IMG/VR virus record: IMGVR_UViG_3300005512_000002
Span: 1 to 64,000 of that record
Length of the DNA: 64,000 nucleotides
Source: a virus
Taxonomy: Duplodnaviria; Heunggongvirae; Uroviricota; Caudoviricetes
Strand: one strand, 5' to 3'
Part shown: one piece after another, positions 62,254 through 64,000 of the stretch
Layout of the letters: every line of letters begins with the position of its first letter
Position numbering within the stretch: position 1 is the stretch's first letter
Notes under the pieces: generated by a model
Database searches by the model: none
What the model was told of the DNA's origin: nothing
The model's input: the letters and a program-made list of their open reading frames with translations, nothing else
Made by a program: the position numbers and the translations under genes

Positions 62254-63505
62254 GGGCCTGGTCCGATCCGGCAAAAGGCGCCGCCGGCAGGTACTGCGTG
62301 CCGTGGACCCAGACCGTCTCGGTGCCGCCCAGCTTGTGCTGGAGGGTCACCTGGCACTTGGCCTGCACGATGCCCCCCAGGCACTGCTGCACCCAGCGGC
62401 CGTCCGCACCCCCGGAAGCCTCGCCGTAGGGGTTGTGCCAGGTGATAAGCTCGCCGGACAATTCCGGGGGCAGCTTGGCCGGCGAATCGTAGTAATACGG
62501 GTGGTCCGGCGGGCTGGCCGGGTCGTCGTAGTTCACGGTGCGATACCGGGACTTGTGGTCGTCGGTCACCAGGCTGTTGTGGTAGATCCCGATCGGGTCC
62601 ACGGTGCTCGTGCCCCGGGCACAGAACGGCGAGAGGTAGGTGCCGGTTTGCACGTCGGTGAACGGCAGGCTCACCGTCACGGAAAAGCCGTCCCCCTGGC
62701 CGGGGTCGGCGCCAGGCAGGCGGGCCCAGTCAAGCTGGGTGACCGCCTGGTACTCGATCAGCGGCCAGATGTACAGGTTGTCCGAGAACGGCGGCGCGGC
62801 CGCCGGTTCCGGGGGCAGGTCCAGGTCCCCGCCCGCGTAGAGCATCGTCCCATGCTGCAGGTCATACTTCCTCGGGTCGTAGCTGTTCGGGTCGTAAGCC
62901 GGGTTGGTGCCCGCGCAGGGGCCGCCAAACAGGGCGTCGGCCCGGTCCTTGAGCCAGTGGGTCCGGTGCCGTTCCGTGTCGCTTATCACCTGGCTTTGCG
63001 TCGGGTCCAGGTAGTAGTCGATGGGCAGCGTCCGGGCGTTCTCCAGAAACGCCGGGGTGTGGTCGCGCCCTTCGCGGTACGGCCCGGCCACCATGCCGCT
63101 TTGCGAGCAGTCGTAGCGCAGCCCGCGCTGGGCCGCCGTCTCGGCGCTGGCCACCTTCAGGTCCCAGGGCTGCACGTACACCCGCCGCCACAGTTCCTGG
63201 ACGTGGAAATACCACTTGGGCGTGCCCACCAGGGTGTACTGGTGCTGCTGGTTGCCGTCCCGGGATCTCGGGCCCCACAGGTCGGTGAGCGTGAAGGTGT
63301 AGTCCTGGCTGCCGGAGAACGCATCCTGGCGGTCGGGGTCCGCCCAGTCGAAGCCCATCAGGAACAGGTGGCAGTGCCCGAAGTGGTCGTACTCGACCCG
63401 GGTGTTGGGCCCCGTGGGATGGGTGTACTCGTAATAGTATCGCCACTGGTCGTGCCAGACCCAGAACAGCGGGTAGAACTGGATGCCTTCGGCCTCGATC
63501 GCCAT
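62240..63505 (-). CDS. Hypothetical Trp/Tyr-rich protein
   Basis: 421-aa ORF; weak His-containing motifs (FWVWHDQWRYYYEY; HFGHCH) insufficient for assignment. Confidence 0.4.
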   Translation of the reverse strand: MAIEAEGIQFYPLFWVWHDQWRYYYEYTHPTGPNTRVEYDHFGHCHLFLMGFDWADPDRQDAFSGSQDYTFTLTDLWGPRSRDGNQQHQYTLVGTPKWYFHVQELWRRVYVQPWDLKVASAETAAQRGLRYDCSQSGMVAGPYREGRDHTPAFLENARTLPIDYYLDPTQSQVISDTERHRTHWLKDRADALFGGPCAGTNPAYDPNSYDPRKYDLQHGTMLYAGGDLDLPPEPAAAPPFSDNLYIWPLIEYQAVTQLDWARLPGADPGQGDGFSVTVSLPFTDVQTGTYLSPFCARGTSTVDPIGIYHNSLVTDDHKSRYRTVNYDDPASPPDHPYYYDSPAKLPPELSGELITWHNPYGEASGGADGRWVQQCLGGIVQAKCQVTLQHKLGGTETVWVHGTQYLPAAPFAGSDQAPGGG

Positions 63506-63532
63506 GCCGCCACCTCGCGCCGGACCCCGGGG

Positions 63533-64000
63533 TTACCCTTCCGCGATCGTCGCCTCCAGGCGCACCATCAGCAGGGCCTCGATCCGCTGGACGAACTGGC
63601 CGACCAGGACATCGGTCCCTTCGCAGATGCGGTCCAGGTCCATCCAGTGGAACTCGACGAAGCCCACCGTCTTGTACTCGCCCTGCCGCAGGGGCACGTG
63701 GGCCACGGCCATGACGTTCAGGTTCATCAGCACACTCTTGATGTGGCTGTCGGCCAGGTCGTCGATCTGCCGCACCTCGATCGGCTCGCCGGACTTGTGC
63801 GCCAGCATCGGCTCGATGATCGGGGCCAGCATGCTGGCCGGCACGTTACTCTGCAGGTGCTGGCTCAAGCCCACGCCGCCGATGACCGACTCGTGGGTGC
63901 AACTGACCCGCTGGATGCTGGAGCCCGAGTAGAAGTGCTCGCCGTTGTGGAACTGGAACACGGCGGCCCGGGCGGCCCCGGAGATCACCCGCAACTCGGT
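63533..64000 (-). CDS. Hypothetical protein, N-terminally truncated by window end
   Basis: Frame open to nt 64000 on the minus strand; C-terminal 153 aa visible. Confidence 0.35.
   Translation of the reverse strand, partial: TELRVISGAARAAVFQFHNGEHFYSGSSIQRVSCTHESVIGGVGLSQHLQSNVPASMLAPIIEPMLAHKSGEPIEVRQIDDLADSHIKSVLMNLNVMAVAHVPLRQGEYKTVGFVEFHWMDLDRICEGTDVLVGQFVQRIEALLMVRLEATIAEG

Noticed and set aside
62240-63505. Possible tyrosinase/type-3 copper motifs (FWVWHDQWRYYYEY; HFGHCH) in the 421-aa minus-strand ORF
   Set aside because: The pattern is only loosely similar to CuA (H....F..WHR.Y...E) and no convincing CuB (DP.F..HH) motif was found, so no functional call was made.

Overview
This window is a high-GC (~65%), very gene-dense segment of what looks like a bacteriophage or prophage genome, probably from a high-GC bacterial host. 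Genes are tightly packed, with frequent ATGA/GTGA start-stop overlaps and AGGAG-type ribosome-binding sites. They fall into four strand blocks.

- **Plus block, 1-16.1 kb (early/recombination genes):** YqaJ-type exonuclease with RecT, a DUF1257/DUF2997 pair, a GHKL-ATPase/HExxH protein, an HNH endonuclease, a Dam-type N6-adenine methyltransferase, DUF4326, and a spermidine-synthase-fold protein.
- **Minus block, 16.1-47.8 kb:**
  - GIY-YIG nuclease, SPFH/band-7 protein, and a Rad52-family annealing protein.
  - A DnaE polymerase core and a separately encoded PHP domain, split apart by a ~9.2 kb co-directional sugar cassette. The cassette carries GDP-mannose 4,6-dehydratase, two sulfotransferases, three glycosyltransferases (a GT2, a GT4 and a tentative GT), NAD-dependent epimerase and reductase enzymes, a cupin isomerase, and two SAM methyltransferases.
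  - Two further GT4 glycosyltransferases upstream of the PHP gene.
  - A Cas4/RecB-like nuclease, RuvC, SSB, DnaG primase, DnaB helicase, a DUF559 endonuclease and RecA.
- **Non-coding hub, 47.8-48.4 kb:** about 585 bp of lower-GC sequence with 22-bp-phased iterons and palindromes, likely an origin of replication and divergent promoter region.
- **Plus block, 48.4-61.4 kb:** dCMP-deaminase-like protein, a lipoprotein, a large ribonucleotide reductase, a metallophosphoesterase, a RecD-like helicase, a nucleoside 2-deoxyribosyltransferase-like protein, and small hypothetical proteins.
- **Minus block, 61.5-64 kb:** a subtilisin-like protease and hypothetical proteins.

No rRNA, tRNA or CRISPR array was recognised.

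Several repeat systems stand out. A composite element of roughly 60-90 bp, [CCCCGGAAG]n plus the palindrome GCACCGCAGGTGC plus GCTAAGCAGCCG, occurs at eight or more loci. It sits mostly just upstream of gene starts in gene orientation, and is sometimes read through in-frame as Pro/Ala-rich linkers. A 10-mer, CTTCCGGGGG/CCCCCGGAAG, is over-represented (>30 copies). A 15-mer GCCAAACCGCAAGCG appears four times, with CGCAAGCG/CGCTTGCG hairpins upstream of two start codons. A 26-bp terminator-associated module, ATCTGAGATTTGAGATTTGAGATCGC, appears twice in opposite orientations, each time preceded by a GC hairpin.

All functional calls come from motif-level reading of the translated ORFs. Start codons are often uncertain because the ORF track also uses TTG/GTG starts.
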